A DNA stretch of 46,538 bases, counting the filler, from Jimgerdemannia flammicorona (Eukaryota): NCBI GenBank assembly GCA_003990765.1. It is 2 parts of 2 records of this genome, joined end to end, with 100 filler letters (N's around TTAATTAATTAA, not from the genome) between each part and the next. Parts side by side here need not be neighbours in the genome. Positions count along the whole stretch, not along the records: positions 1 to 23,222 come from RBNJ01001136.1; 1 more part is not named here. One strand, given 5' to 3'. A program made the translations under genes and the position numbers. The notes below the pieces were generated by a model, which saw only the letters and a program-made list of their open reading frames with translations, was not told where the DNA came from and ran no database searches. Within the stretch, counting starts at the first letter, position 1, and every line of letters starts with the position of its first letter. Of this stretch, positions 1 to 13,187 are shown in pieces.

Positions 1-170
1 TTGGCCAGAGCACGGGCATCCTCAACGTCAATACGTCTGCCTGAAGAGGAGCAAATAATTACGCACAGATTGTCAGTTGGAACTCATCAGACAGCTGCAC
101 TCAACAGTTTACTCAGTTCAAACATACGAGAGAGATCCAGGGTAGTCTGCGTCGTGAGAAGTATTCGCAT
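1..170 (-). CDS. 5' part of a putative RNI-like leucine-rich-repeat protein, spliced, runs off the left edge
   Basis: Exon 170-128, intron 127-41 (GTATGT...CTGAC...TCTTCAG), exon 40-1. Spliced translation MRILLTTQTTLDLSRRRIDVEDARALA resembles the RNI/NLRC3-type LRR consensus LTTLDLSxNxIGDEGAKALA. Start codon uncertain. Confidence 0.5.
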
Positions 171-542
171 GTTTGATTGTGTAGTTGTCAAGTGCGAAGT
201 GTCAAATGTTGGTTAATAAAGAACTTTATTTCTAACCCTAACCCTCGTCGACTTATAATCGTTTGATCCAACAACACACAATATGCGCCTTCTAAGGTCT
301 ACAACACTACTCTCTATCTCTGTAATCCCCACAGAATCTAAGACAACTGCACGATGAACATCCTTTTCGTTCACCTCAATAACACCCTCTTTGGTCTGTA
401 CCCTCAAGGACATCCCACTCTCCCGCCTCCTCCGCCATTAACCACTTCCCACTGGTGTCCATCGAGAACATTCTCCTGCACATCGCCGCACTCCCTTTCA
501 TAACTTATCTCTTTCGCCCTCACGAGTCGTCTCAGCGCCAAC

Positions 543-1040
543 ATGGCTACGACCCTCGTACTTGCGGGAGCGGTAGTTCAAAGCGCACTACGACGACACC
601 TCAACCTCTGGATTCCAGTTCTCCCTTACCGACGTGGAGATGGTACGGAAGTAAAAGGGATGTGTGTTGGCGTTTGTAGTGTAGAAGGGATGGTAACATA
701 TAATTACGTTGTGTCGTGTGGGAAGATCGAGGTGCGTGTGACGGCGTATCATACCAGACACCTACATTTAACCATCCTGCTCAATGCACCAACAAGCTCA
801 CTTCCTTTCCAACCGCCAGAGCTCGATGTTGGCTACACAGGCATCGACGTTATTGAAGCGATAAAGTCCTCCATTGCGGCCGGCGAGTCGACAGACGAGG
901 TTCTGGTCAAGATGACGTACCTCGCGGTGCCGTACTACAGATGCGCTGGACAAGAAACAATGGTTTGACACAATGAAACCCCGCCCTTAATGAGATCAAG
1001 AACATGCTCGAGCAGTATCGGTGGTCACGGTTCGGAGTCA
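543..1040 (+). pseudogene. Unknown spliced gene or pseudogene
   Basis: ORF 543-968 contains a plausible in-frame intron (GTACGG ~643 to CCGCCAG ~819). Coding-like sequence continues in shifted frames (DALDKKQWFDTMK / LNEIKNMLEQYRW). No recognisable domain. Confidence 0.3.
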
Positions 1041-1639
1041 GCGAGACCGACGACCACACCCATAGAAGGGAAACAAGATGATAAGCGGCGATGAGAATGA
1101 GGGCGAGGCACCGCCTGCTGCGAGCGATGATGAGATTTAGATGGGATGGATAGGTGGTGATGCGTGAAGAGGAACAAGGTTGTTTCATAAAAGCAAAAGT
1201 TCGGATAGTGAGCTCCGTTTTCTTTTTCGAGTTCGGATATCTGTGATTCGAGCATCCAATGCAACGCATCGCATTGCGATATAAATTGTTTGTGTGGGCA
1301 GTTCATATCGCATATATGTGCTGAACATTTAAGTGGAGGTCCCAGAGTTTAATTACTGACTCCATGCATAAAATAACAAAAACGGATTTTCTATCATTCA
1401 AATGTTCGTTGGGGGTTAAGCTTTCATTCCCGCCAGGCTGTTCAGGGTATTTGGAGTTCGACGTCACTGATTCTTGATCAGTGTCTTTGAATAGCCATTT
1501 TGATAACAGCATTAAGGCAAATATAAAATATATGGCAAACATGAATCCCTATAGTTATTAAATGTAAGGCCCGTTACAGTATTCATATTTCTAAGCCAAC
1601 TATCCATGACCTTATCAATCAGCCTCAGCAGTCTTTTAT

Positions 1640-2879
1640 CCGATATTCGCATGACCCACCAAAGCCCACAGCAGAATACATAATTGAATCCGTTGATCGA
1701 AAAGGAACAGGTGTCATTTAGGTGAAAATGCCATCACCAGCGGGAATTCGTTTCACAATAGAAAAATTGACGGTTGTTGTCGGATCGGAAGGTCCGTGCA
1801 TACGGTTTGCTGGAATTGTAAGTATCAAAATGTGAGAATTCCTCTCCAACGAGTCCAATCTCACACAAGTTGGAGTTGCCAATGGATTCAACCACAATGT
1901 TCCATTCGCATAGATCGTCGTGAACATTCATCCCGGGAATGGAAAGCCGTGCTGTCCGATCTGGATTCCCCGATGGAAGCTCCACAACCTGACCATCTTC
2001 CGAAACAACCACTTGAGAGCCGACTTTCGTTCTATCCCACTGGAAACCAACATTGTGGCGCGTCTCTTTGCGTCTTATGGACAGATGACCAGTAGGACAT
2101 ACGGTGTTCTTGCAGGCATGATGGTAAAAATGCTATGTAGTGTGGAGAGGTCTCGGCAAACTACCTCTGCAATGATTTTGAGTCAATGCGGACAAACAAG
2201 AGCGAGGTGAACGTGACTTATCATTTTGAGCAGTAAGGCGCGCGATGCGCCGTCCCCAAGCCAGACCGGACCGGCTGTCGCACCCCAAAACCATTTCATT
2301 GATGTCATGCAAAACAGTGTGGCGCTCTGAAACTGACGGAGCACTCTCGTTACATGCCCAAATCCAGTCGACGACGGGGAGCAAAGTGTCATGCTCAGGC
2401 ATGGAAATGGTCACTACCTCTGCCAGGAGCAACTCGAGGGCCTCTTCGGAGAGGCCGATCATCTCACCGATGGCAAGCTTGTGAGTGCAGAAGGGTTGAG
2501 AAGTACGTCGTAAAGGTCCTTGTTGGCCTCGCTTCAGGGGATGGTGGTGATGACTTCATTGAGAAGGGATGAGGCAACATCAAAATCAGCGCAGTCATAT
2601 GCACACTCCAGCATCATCTTCATAAGCTTGGGGAGGAGGAACGTTTGCTGCGAGGTATATTCCAACTGTAATGGAAATACCTACAGTGTTGTCGATGGAT
2701 TCAGTGTAAATGTAGCTGAAGACGATGTCGAGCACCACGGAGGTGATGTCATTGAGGAGGACATCACGAAAATATTTCGACATTCTGACACGCCTTACGC
2801 ATTCGCAAAAGTGCAGAATCAGAATGTAGCTTTTTGAATATCTGGATTGCCAGTCTAGATTGTATGCCTTGGAATGCAT
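1640..2879 (-). pseudogene. BTB/POZ-BACK-SPRY(B30.2)-like protein, frameshifted
   Basis: Domains in order across shifted frames: BTB (SKYFRDVLLNDITSVVLDIVFSYIYTESID...IYLAAN/FLLPKL), BACK-like (GLSEEALELLLAE...EHDTLLPVVDW...LLKMISHVHLALV), SPRY-like (FQWDRTKVGSQVVVSEDGQVV...CEWNIVVE...CEIGLV...HFHLNDTCSFSING). Several frameshifts and stops. Confidence 0.7.
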
Positions 2880-2989
2880 TGTTGGGAATGCTTACAGAAC
2901 TAGAATGATAGCCAGAATTTTACAAAATATCTGTAGAATGCACTATATATCCCTCAATTAAAAAACATCATACATTAATTGAAATTTAT

Positions 2990-3346
2990 TGTAAGCCCTG
3001 CATAGCAAGACAATAGTGTGGTGATTATTGTGGATATTTAGAATTATAGAAAAGGAAAAATATATATTGTAAAGGGGAAGGATGCTCGATCTACCTATTG
3101 CAAAAGGAGATCTAATCTAGAACTCTTCAGAGCCGCGACATACCAAGAATAGCGATCACGTGACCTGGCGAAGATGTCACGAACGAGCGACATACGAACG
3201 AGCTCACACCGTAGCAAACAATATTACTTAACCAATGTATTACCTAAAGGGTTTGTCCTGAGTACAAACAGTTGACCTGAATACAAACAGTCCTGAACAC
3301 AAACAGCATGTTTGCTTGTAGAACAAACAGAGTAGTCACATTTACA
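2990..3346. mobile_element. Solo LTR
   Basis: TGTAA...TTACA inverted termini, flanked by near-identical 5-mers TTTAT/TTTGT (TSD). Internal short repeats CTGA(G/A)(T/C)ACAAACAG and ACGAACGAGC. No coding domain. Confidence 0.65.
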
Positions 3347-3559
3347 TTTGTCATATATACTTAGTTAAAATTTGTAAACTATTATTATATTCGAAATAAA
3401 TCAGCTCTTAGTTCAGTACAAAACATGAAGTCCCCCTCCACACACATTCCCTCTGAGTTCTTAGTAATGATACCTAAGTTACTCTAGTATTTCTGACTAA
3501 ACTCCAGAAGTCTAATTAACTTCTACTATACTAAGAACTAGTATATAAATCTCTGAGAG

Positions 3560-4040
3560 TACTCAAGGTAATAAGTCTGGAGAGAAGGATAAGGTGAGTG
3601 CTGGGAGGGCTGGAGGGTCAATGTCTGATGAGGTGGGTGTAGGGGCTGGGGGGGCTGTCACTGGAGGCCAGAGTATATGACTGTTGATGATGAAGTTAGA
3701 GTAGATCTAGAAAAAAATCCAGATATAACTACTGATAGTAAGACTGAGCAGATAGAGTGCCTGGGGAAGAGAGATCTGACAGATAGTATGACAGACCTGG
3801 TGGTGGCTCTATTACTTAAGAAGTTGATCTCAGAATTTAGAGTTACTTTGTACTTCCAGAAGCTAGTGATAATAGTAAAGATAGTCTTAGATCTGATTGT
3901 AAACTAGATAACTAAAGTAGTCTCAGTAAAGTTTCTGCATAAGTTGGAGTGGGTTGAGGTAGGGTCTGAGGAGATGGGGCTGTTGAAGGAGGTCTTGAAG
4001 ACTAGGTTATCAGTTGGCAAAATAGTAATACTAATAGCTT
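3560..4040 (+). mobile_element. L1/Tx1-like LINE fragment (ORF1 5' part)
   Basis: Translation DLEKNPD...RDLTDSMTDLVVALLLKKLISEF is homologous to ORF1 at 13188-14384 (DLEKNPD...GDLADGVIDMVSAPLLKKSRSKF). Confidence 0.8.
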
Positions 4041-4049
4041 AGTATATCC

Positions 4050-6222
4050 TCCCCTCTCTCTATATCATAATATCAGTACTTATACTCACTAACTTATCCC
4101 ACCTCTTCTCTGGAATATTCTATAGCTTATCCTTTACAACTTCAATCACCAGCCTCCCTTTTACTATATCAGACCCCCCAAACCAGACTCTGTATATATG
4201 TACCTCTCATCTCTATATCCTCTATACTCTTTTGGACCTGAGCACCAGTTCTCATCTCTAACTTCTTCTTCTTCTCTCAGACCTTGAGCATACTGTCATT
4301 ATAAAGCCACTAGTCTCTAGTCTCCTGACTCTCTGCCACACCCTCTGGTAATATCCCAACTCTATCTCTTATCTAAGTACTTATCCTTGATCCTTATAAG
4401 CCCCCTATAGCCCCAGATATAGGCTCCTTTATTAAGTTTATCAGTAGGTTCTTCTGTCTCTTCTTACTCTAAGCCATCTTCCACAATACTTTATCAATAT
4501 ATTTCCTCTTTTTATTTACTATTTCCAAGTATATTGATGTCTCATAAGCTCTCTATATTACTGCTCTATACTCCACAGCCTCACTGAGGTCCTCTAGAGC
4601 CCCCAACAGATTCTTCTCCTTTTTCTAACTCTTCTTTATTCTCATTATCTTACAAATGAATATACTTTATATCATCACTAAAGGCCAATCACAAGCCTTT
4701 CCAGTAGCCTCTCTCTTAGCAAGCCTGAGCTGAATATCCATCTCTTCAGTTCTGAATATTATCTCCTTTCAGACTCTGAACCCAATATCTACTATATTGC
4801 TATACTCTGCCATTACCTCCTCTACTCTCCTTTTTATATTACTAGTGCTTCAAATAAGTCAATTTAATTCAGATAGATTCAGATTGAATTCAGATTAAAT
4901 CTCATCTGGATCAATTTAAATCAACTATTGTTTTGATTTCCAAATTAGACAATTAAATGTTTATATTAATAACTTGATAAATAATTATCAAATTTTGATG
5001 AATTGGTATCAAATGAAAGCCCTTAATAGGGTCTTTCTAATGATACTAAGAATATTGAAATAGAATTATGCATTGCCAAGCTATTAAGAAAAATGTTCTT
5101 TTGAGAAATTTCCAGAATTGGCAAGTTGAATAATATCCAAAATTGTCAAGTCAGACATTTTCCTTAATAACTCAACAACATATGATCAAATTCTAAAGCT
5201 CTGGATATCATTAGAAAGGCCTTATTGAGGGTATTCAAATAATACTAAGATAATCAAAATTAGATGATTATTCATTGAGTTATTGATATAAACATTTAAT
5301 TGTCTAATTTGGAAATCAAAACAATAGTGGATTCAAATCAATCCAAATGGAATTCAAATCTGATCTGGATCAGCTCATTCAGAGCACTAGCTATCACTAT
5401 GTATACTTCTTTCACTAGAAGCTAAACTATTCTTGAGTTCTATCTCAAGCAGTATATTATTAGTACTACTACCTCTCTAAGTATCAACTTAGTTTCCAAG
5501 ACCTCTAATGGCTCTATATCCTTAAAGCCCACCTCAACTCTCTCTAGTCCCTATAAGAACTTCACTAATACCACCTTAGCTATCTGCTTTAAGATTAGCT
5601 CTAGAGCTATCTTCATTATTACTATCAGCCCCCAAAAGTATAGTATGATAGTAAATACAGAGATCAACTTCTTAAGTAATAGAGACACCACTAGGCCTAT
5701 TATACTATCTATCAGATCTCTCTTCTCTATATATCCCATCTGCTCAGCCCTGCAATTAGTATTATATTTGGATTTTTTTTTCAGATTTCCTATTATACTA
5801 CTATCAGTAGTCACTTAGCTAAAGATCTCCAAGCTTCTATACTTATTTTCCCTAGCAGAGAACCTCCAGCCCTCTCTATACTCACCTTGTCCTTTCTGTC
5901 AGACTCACCAGCCTGAGCATCTACTGGCCAGCCTCCCACCTTCATCTTATCAGTAAAGCTCATAGATCTCTACTTGTCTCAGCTCCTGCTAGATATTAGC
6001 TGTTCTTCAGATCTCTCCTGATCATTCTCTCTATCAAAAAAGCCCAATATCATACTATATCCTCTTCTGATATACTGCCAACTAAAGGCCCTGGGTCTCC
6101 TCAACCCAGCATATCTATTAGAACTCTTATACATTATTATATTACTAGTTACTTTTCTCTATAAACTGTGTTAAAAGTATTATAAATTTTGTATAATATG
6201 AATTATAGTAGAGAAGATAGTG
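4050..6222 (-). mobile_element. L1/Tx1-like LINE, 5' UTR plus ORF1, 3'-truncated, interrupted by a MITE
   Basis: ORF 5551-5814 is homologous to ORF1 of the other copies. Its 5' end (~6222) matches the 5' end of the 35008 element (TTCTC...ATTATACAA...GAAAAGT.ACTAG). Confidence 0.8.
4845..5387. mobile_element. Palindromic MITE/foldback element with TA target duplication
   Basis: About 250-bp imperfect inverted arms, including the perfect core ACTATTGTTTTGATTTCCAAATTAGACAATTAAATGTTTATAT. Termini TA-GTGC...GCAC-TA. Removing the element and one TA restores colinearity with the LINE ORF1 at ~35845-35870. Confidence 0.85.
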
Positions 6223-6469
6223 ATATATAATAATGACCTTTATAATCAGCTTTTAATCTATGTCTTGTAGTATGATTGGTTACCAGTTCTTCTATTCCTC
6301 TCTTCTCTCTTTATTCTTAAACAGTAGTATCACCAGTCTCTTTTTTTTTTTTTTTTTTTTTTTTTTTATAGTCACTTGGACTTCTTTATTGTCTAATCTA
6401 ATATAATAGCAACTCTATGCCATGTCTGCTATAACATTAAAGTACAAAATTAAACTATAAAAATAAACC

Positions 6470-9400
6470 TTTTAGCCAACTCTCTCTTTCTACTAAACTT
6501 CTTGGTCATCTAACACCTAGTTGCCTCAGCTCTTCAGTATAATATCCTGTACCTTTCTTAAGACCCCCAGCTAGTACTGCTTCCTCTGATACTACTACTC
6601 TTATACCACCTCCCAGAGGAGCCACCACTACTGCTCAACTAATTCACCTATCCCCATCCATAGGTCTCATTTGAACCCCATCACCAATGTACTGCCATCA
6701 GAACCCAGACCTCTAAAACTCAGTCCAGTCTGCTCTAGACATCATCAGTCTCTTCCACCAGCTGGCACTTGACTACCAGACCAGTAGAATTCCCTAACTA
6801 CATACTCTCAGAGCCCCAATAACCCTCTAGAGTCTGCTAATATTCCTCAATACCTGGATTCACTACCAGGACATACTCTGGTATCTGAACTACCCCTCTA
6901 TCTATCTTACTACACCACTTACATTCCCAACCACCTTCTACCTCCATCCATCCTATCCTGTAATCCAGCATTATATTTTTCCTCAAGAATCACCACCATA
7001 CCACCCAGTATTTAGGTGGCACAACCTTAAGTAAGGAGGCCCCCCATCTCCAGACCTAACTCCAATCCCAGCCTTCCCTGAATCTGGCCTTCTGTTAACC
7101 CACTGGCCACTGCTCAAGGGGACCAGATCTGATCCATTCTATTGCCTCAGATAGAGAGTACTCTGCCAACTGCTGGCCCCCAACTTGCAGGTCCTCTAGC
7201 CACTACCATCACTATTCTGGATTCTTACCCTCACTCATCCCCTACCCTGCCAGCCCTATAGCCAGCCAGGCCTCTACAATACTCCACTAGAACCTCTTAA
7301 ACCACAATCTACTAACTCTTCCCATCTGGAGTAACTCTTGCATATCCTTCCAGACCTCACCATAGGGGCAGAACCTGACCTTCCAATTGTCTATTACTAG
7401 TCTGCCCCAACTACCTTCTCTCAACTCTATCAATCAATACTTCTACTAACCTCTGAGAACTTTCAACTGCCTCTAAAAGTCCACCAACCCCAGACCTGTC
7501 TACAACACTACTGTCTTCCAACCAATCTGCAGCCACCTACCTTACCACAATCATCCTTTCACTATCTTCTTCAACCACTGTACCACTCATTCAGGAAAGT
7601 CTAGATGGTATCCCAAGTACCACACCTTTGGCAACCAGTATATGTTCAGAACCACTACTTTTCTTACTAAGGAGAAGTACCTCTCTAATAAGTCTGTTAA
7701 AGCATCCTTCCACTTCTATATTATGCCACACCACTACTCTTTCAGCAATACTATCTCATATACTGAGAACCAGATGTCCAAGTAATAGACAGCTTTCTCC
7801 ATGGCCACTGTCTGTCTAAATCACTTATTCTCTCCCAAACCAGCACCAAGCTTCATTATCTCATACTTACCCCAGTTCAATTTTGCTCCTGCCATCCTCT
7901 CATATAGTCCTGCCCCTTTCTATAAGCTCTTCATATCCTCCAAACAACCTAACCCCACTACTATATCATCAGAAAAAGCCCCCAGCCATCAGACCACATT
8001 ACTCATCTGCAATACAGTAAGCTGTCCCTTCAGCCAAGCCAGTAAAAACTCCAAGGAGAGAATATATAAAAGGGGAAAAAGAGAGTCACCCTATAGCACA
8101 CCCCTCCCCAAGGTAAACTCTGGACCACTCCACCCATTCATCAGTACAGCCACTCAGCAATCTTACACAAGCCCCATCAATCTCCTTGCATCTGCTGCAC
8201 TGAACCCTATCTTCCATAGTAATGCTTTCAAATAATTCCACCACACCCTGTCATATGCCTTCTCTTGATCCAAGAAGACCATCTATCTATTCACTTATCA
8301 GCTCCTGCAGCCCTTCAACATATTCTGCACCCAGGCAGTACTATCTCTAATCTGTCTCCTCTTGACAAAACTATGCTGATTCTTACTCACCAAACTGCCA
8401 ATCCACTGCTACATCCCTAGCCAGAATCTTAGACACCAACTTTCTGTTCACATTCAGTAATATGATAGGCTGCCAATTCTACCACATGTGCTGATCCCTC
8501 TTCTCCTTATATAGCAGAGAGACTAAACCAAGAGAACCATTTCCAATTCAGCTGCCTTCTCTCAGAATAAAGTTTGCTATTTCCACTAACCAGCCACTGA
8601 ACTCAATCTGGAACTTCTTCTAGAATTCCCAAGATAGCCCATCCTCCCCAGGCAATAAACCTGCTTGTACTTTCCTCAACACCTCTAATACCTCTTTAAG
8701 GACCACTACTCCCAATACTGCCCCACCCATCTCTGGCAGTACTTCCACCAGCCAACTGCCAACTAAATTGGTATTATCTCTCTACAATACCTCACCCTCT
8801 ACAGGCCCCCATTCATCTTGCCAGAGAGCCTGCCATTACTCTGAAATTTCACCCAGCATTTCTGCAATTCTAGTAATCTTAGTACCATCCTCTCACAATA
8901 CTGAGGTCCAACTATATCATACCCTCTTGGCCTTCAGAACACCCAACAAATATATAGTAGACTGCTCTTCTTCTTCCAACCACTTAGCCTGTAGCCTCAC
9001 CAGCAGACCATCTATCATGCTATCCTTAGCTGCCTTTAATTCTAGCTACAACTCAGCCACCTCTGCTGCTAATAGGGAGCATATCTCCTCTGATAAGTTC
9101 CCCCCTTCCATCAATCTCCGTTGCCATTACAGCTCTTGTTTGACTCTCCTCTTCTTATTCTTCTGCTTCTTACTTACTACCTCTCCAATATCATGTTAAT
9201 AGGCACTTACTAAGTGTTTAAATTTACCCCATTACTGCTCAATTGGCTGACCTTCACCCTTCCACCACATTATCTCTTGTCTTACAATTGCAATAAATTG
9301 TTCCTGCTCTGCCCACCTTCTGAGTAGAGCTACATTGAGCCACCAGCATCCCCTATTCCCACTGATAGCCAGAAATCTACTACAAACCTCTACTCCCCAA

Positions 9401-10073
9401 TGATCTGACCAAGGGTACCACTATGTAAACTTAGCAATGTCCAGTATATTACCCTAGAATTCTGCCACCAGATCCCAGTCAATCCTTGTTCCCACCAGAC
9501 TCTCATCAACTGGATACTACTGAGTAAAGGGCCCTGACTTTTCCCCCTGACACTGCTGGACACTATCAATCAATCCCATATCTCTCTCAATTCAAAGCTA
9601 TTGCAAAAGCTCAACAGAGACCACTACCATAATGTTCTATCTTGTATCATATTAAAGTCCCTCCCTAGAATACCCAGCCCAACCTCCTCTCAGTCCTCCC
9701 AAGCCAGCCAGCTCTCCACTCATTAGTTTCACTCTCTGCCAACTATCAGAAGATAAACAGAGCCCACTACTAGTCCATATCTAGCACCTTCTTTCAATCT
9801 ACTCCAAATTATTCAATCACTATAAACCTCTATCTCTACTAGCTTATCTCTATCAATACTAACTAGTATGCCCACCTATATATTCCAGCCAGCACCACCA
9901 TACCATTCCCTACTCCACTTCTCATAATCCTGCTCACCATAGGCTTGAACATCCTGAAGAAGCACTATATCATACCTCCTGACTTTCAGCTACCAAAACT
10001 GACATTGTTGTTTAATGCTATCACATAGACTATTAACATTTAGTGATAATATATGCAGACTGTTCATCATCAT
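6470..10073 (-). pseudogene. LINE ORF2 (APE endonuclease plus reverse transcriptase), many stops
   Basis: APE start HILSLNVNSL...DIVLLQD. RT motifs VFLDQEKAYDRV, RGVL*GDSLFPLLY, GAFSDDIVV. 3' end approximate. Confidence 0.88.
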
Positions 10074-10079
10074 CAATAA

Positions 10080-11830
10080 AATGTTTAAAGCTCTGCAGGA
10101 ATCGCCACCACCTTCTCTGCCCTGCTACAGATGATTTCCTTTTGTTTCTCACAGATAGCCCTCCAGATACAAGTCCCACTCATGCTGCTACAGAAAGTAT
10201 CCATTCACTCTGATGCAACCTTACTAATATCTGCCATCTTTTTCCCATCTATATCATACTCCTCATCATCCAGAAGTGCTGCTACCATCACTGTTACCAA
10301 CTTCAGTTCCTGTATCACAATATTGAGAAATCCCTCCCAAGCCTCCTGAGATCTATGAAATACATCTACTTTCTTGATATCTTCCTCTGTGAGTTTCTTA
10401 AATACTGCCTGATATCAGCTATCTGTTGTCATTACCAAAGGCCCAGAGGTAGCCAGTCTAGGATTCCTACTTAACTCCTAAAGCAACTCTCTATCAGCTG
10501 AGACATTGGAGGCCATGTCCACCAGATCATCTTCTTGAGCCTCACTACTTTGTCTGTCTCCAGATATTCCCAATGAACATTTACTGCCCCCACTATATGG
10601 GTGTCCTTCTGCTGAGTCTCCAGCACTATATCTATAATATCCTCAAAGCCCCCCTCTCTCATCTCCTCCTTCTCAGTCCACTTCTCTGTTACTGATACAT
10701 AAACTGAACTCTCCACCCCCCCTAGCTGTAAGAAAGATACCTTCATAGTCTCCACCTCCTCTATCTGATTCTTAGCTACTTCTGCCCTCACTACTTCCTT
10801 CTTTTTCAAGCCCTTGAGAACTGTCTGCAGGCATTCCCAGTTTGTTTTCCACTACTGCTTTCTCCTCTCATCTATCAGAATCCAGACCCAGTCCTAACTC
10901 TTTCTACCTTTGCTTCTACATATCCTTTGCAGCCTCTCTCTCCTCTAGGCCAGCAACAACTCCTCCTCCTTCTGCTTAGATCTCTTCCTCCTCCAGACCT
11001 TATACTCTTGATCATCAATATGAATTACCTCCAGCCCGTCTCTCTCTAGCCCTGTGGCTGCCTTGCTCTCTAACCTCACCATTACCTCACAGTTGCCATT
11101 TCTCAGCTTGGTCCCTTCCCAGAACATAAAGCCAAAATCAACCATTTCACCAAAGCCCCCAAGTGCCTCTGCCACCATCTCCTTAGTCTTCTGCCTCTCC
11201 AGAGTCAGCAACCCCTCCACCACTAGATATACAGTATGTGGGTCCCACCTCAGGCACCTTGCCATCCCAACCTTGATGCCCTTGACCACCAACTCTTTCT
11301 CCAGAGCCTTCATCATCTCCTCCTTCTTGATAAATCCAATATTGACTGTCTCTGCAAATGGAATGAACTTCAGCAACTCTGCACCAGCAACCTTCTTACC
11401 CACTAGTCTCAGAATCTTCCTAGCAGACATATCCAGCCCCAAGAAGTTCACCAAAATCATCTATATCAATACTGATTTGTGAAAGAATGGGCACACCACC
11501 AGTTCACCAGAGCCAGCTACCATTGTCACCTTCCCTTTACCTCCAGATACTCCAGCAGTTACTCCTCCAGTCCTAGTAAGCCCACCAGCAGTCTCTCTCC
11601 CAGCTACTGGCCTAGTTCCAGAAATACTAGTCTCTGCCATTATACCCAGACCTCTGTCTCCTGTCAGTTACCTGACCTGTCATCTGACCTAGCACCTGAC
11701 TCCCACTCCTGACAACACTACACCTCCCCTGCCCTACCATCTGAGGCCTAGCCACTGTCCTCCTACCCCCCACCACAGTATATCAATTATCAATACTAGC
11801 AGACCTCTCCTGACCACTAGCATCTCCTGC
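10080..11830 (-). pseudogene. LINE ORF1 (RRM-like plus charged helical region)
   Basis: ORFs 10945-11460 (RCLRWDP...GFMFWEGTKLRNGNCEVMVRL) and 10471-10809, directly upstream of ORF2. Boundaries approximate. Confidence 0.75.
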
Positions 11831-12121
11831 CATATAGCTTGCTCCAGTCACCATTATATAGCTTTTGGAGAGGCCCAGGCCAGGCCTCCTCCTCTCTAAA
11901 TGCTCAGAACCAGATGAACTTTAGCTCACCATTTACTCAAAAATAGTCAGAATTTGATAAAACTTATAATAACTTGAAACTTGACCCTTGCTGCACCTGA
12001 TATATTTGAGAATGTAAAGTAAAAACTTGAAAACATATTGCTTTTCACATAAGAATTCTTGTGTGGCTTAGCTTGGTCAGTTTGGTTTGAGCAAAAGAAG
12101 TTCCTAAGTACCACCAGTCTC

Positions 12122-12790
12122 AGATATTGGTCTCCTATCTATACTTCTAAATTAATAATCTTATCATATATCAGCTGTAGCTTCTTTAGGACCATCTCTA
12201 TCTTTATAATTTAATTTCAGAAGTTCCAGGATAGTCTATCCTCTCCAGGAGTTATCTTGAGACTAGTCTCTACTAAGATCTTAGAATCTCCTCCCCCTGA
12301 TCTAAGACCTCTAACTCTGTTAGTCTCTCTGCTGAGTCAGAGTGCCAGTTCTCTGAATAGTACTCAATTGTCTGTATATTCTCACCTCTCTTCTTCTCAC
12401 TCTATAGTAATCTCTACCTTACACTCAGCTGATCCTAGATACTCTGAGTCCCAACTACCATCTCTCTCTCTATATTCAATACTCCATCTCAGTGCTAATA
12501 AATCACAAAAACTTCCTCAGTCTCTTCCCTTCCTCCAGACCCTGTCACTATAGTCTGGCCACCATACTCTATACTCGTATACTCTCTACTATCTGCAATA
12601 TATATTACAGTTACTCTATCTCTAACTGGGTATACCAAATCCTCTAATTCTCCACTTCCTCAATCTTTAGCTGATCAGTCCATCCCTTCAAGAGCCATTT
12701 CAACCTATATGAGACCCACTGTACACACTCTCTCTACTGGACACTTCTCATTCTCCCAGTCTCTCTGTAAGTACACAACCTCTAAGCCAT
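12122..12790 (-). mobile_element. Older LINE ORF2 remnant hosting the 6341-12106 insertion; continues at 6325-6223
   Basis: Reading across the TSD gives a continuous RT N-terminal region: TPGEDRLSWNF*...GDQYLRLVILLFKNKERREE*KNW*PIILQDID*KLIIKV. Confidence 0.8.
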
Positions 12791-13187
12791 CAAAACTGCA
12801 TATTACTCTTAGAACAAATTTGGTAAGAGCTCACACCAGTACTATTCAGCTGACACAAGACTCAGACAACACCTTTCTCAATATTTTTGGTGACAGATGA
12901 CTATTGGCATAGATGGTAATGATCGATCTGGTGAGCATACTGGCCAAGAGAGCAGTGGTGCCTTTGGCTGGTAACAGGTGGAGAGGAGGGGAGATGGTTT
13001 GGGGATGCCGGGGGCCTTGATGGCTGGCCAAGGCACTGGTGGTGGAGGAAGGGGCAGCTTGAGACAGCAAGGAGGGGAGAGATTGATCTTTGCTGACAAG
13101 GTCAAGATGGGGAAAATGGTCTTGGGTCTGAATAGCTGGCTGGGCCTGGAGAAGGCATCGATGGCTGCTGCTGGGGGTTAGGGAGGA

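Larger units (their letters stand above)
6341..12106 (-). mobile_element. Full-length L1/Tx1-like non-LTR retrotransposon, degenerate (~5.8 kb)
   Basis: Poly(A) tail seen as a T run from 6341. 15-bp TSD AGTATCACCAGTCTC (6326-6340) / AGTACCACCAGTCTC (12107-12121). ORF1 and ORF2 relics present. Confidence 0.92.

Noticed and set aside
1..2900. Endogenous giant-virus or bacterial insert (dense short ORFs, CpG-rich)
   Set aside because: The pieces resolve into spliced or frameshifted eukaryotic LRR and BTB-BACK-SPRY sequences. No viral hallmark genes are seen.
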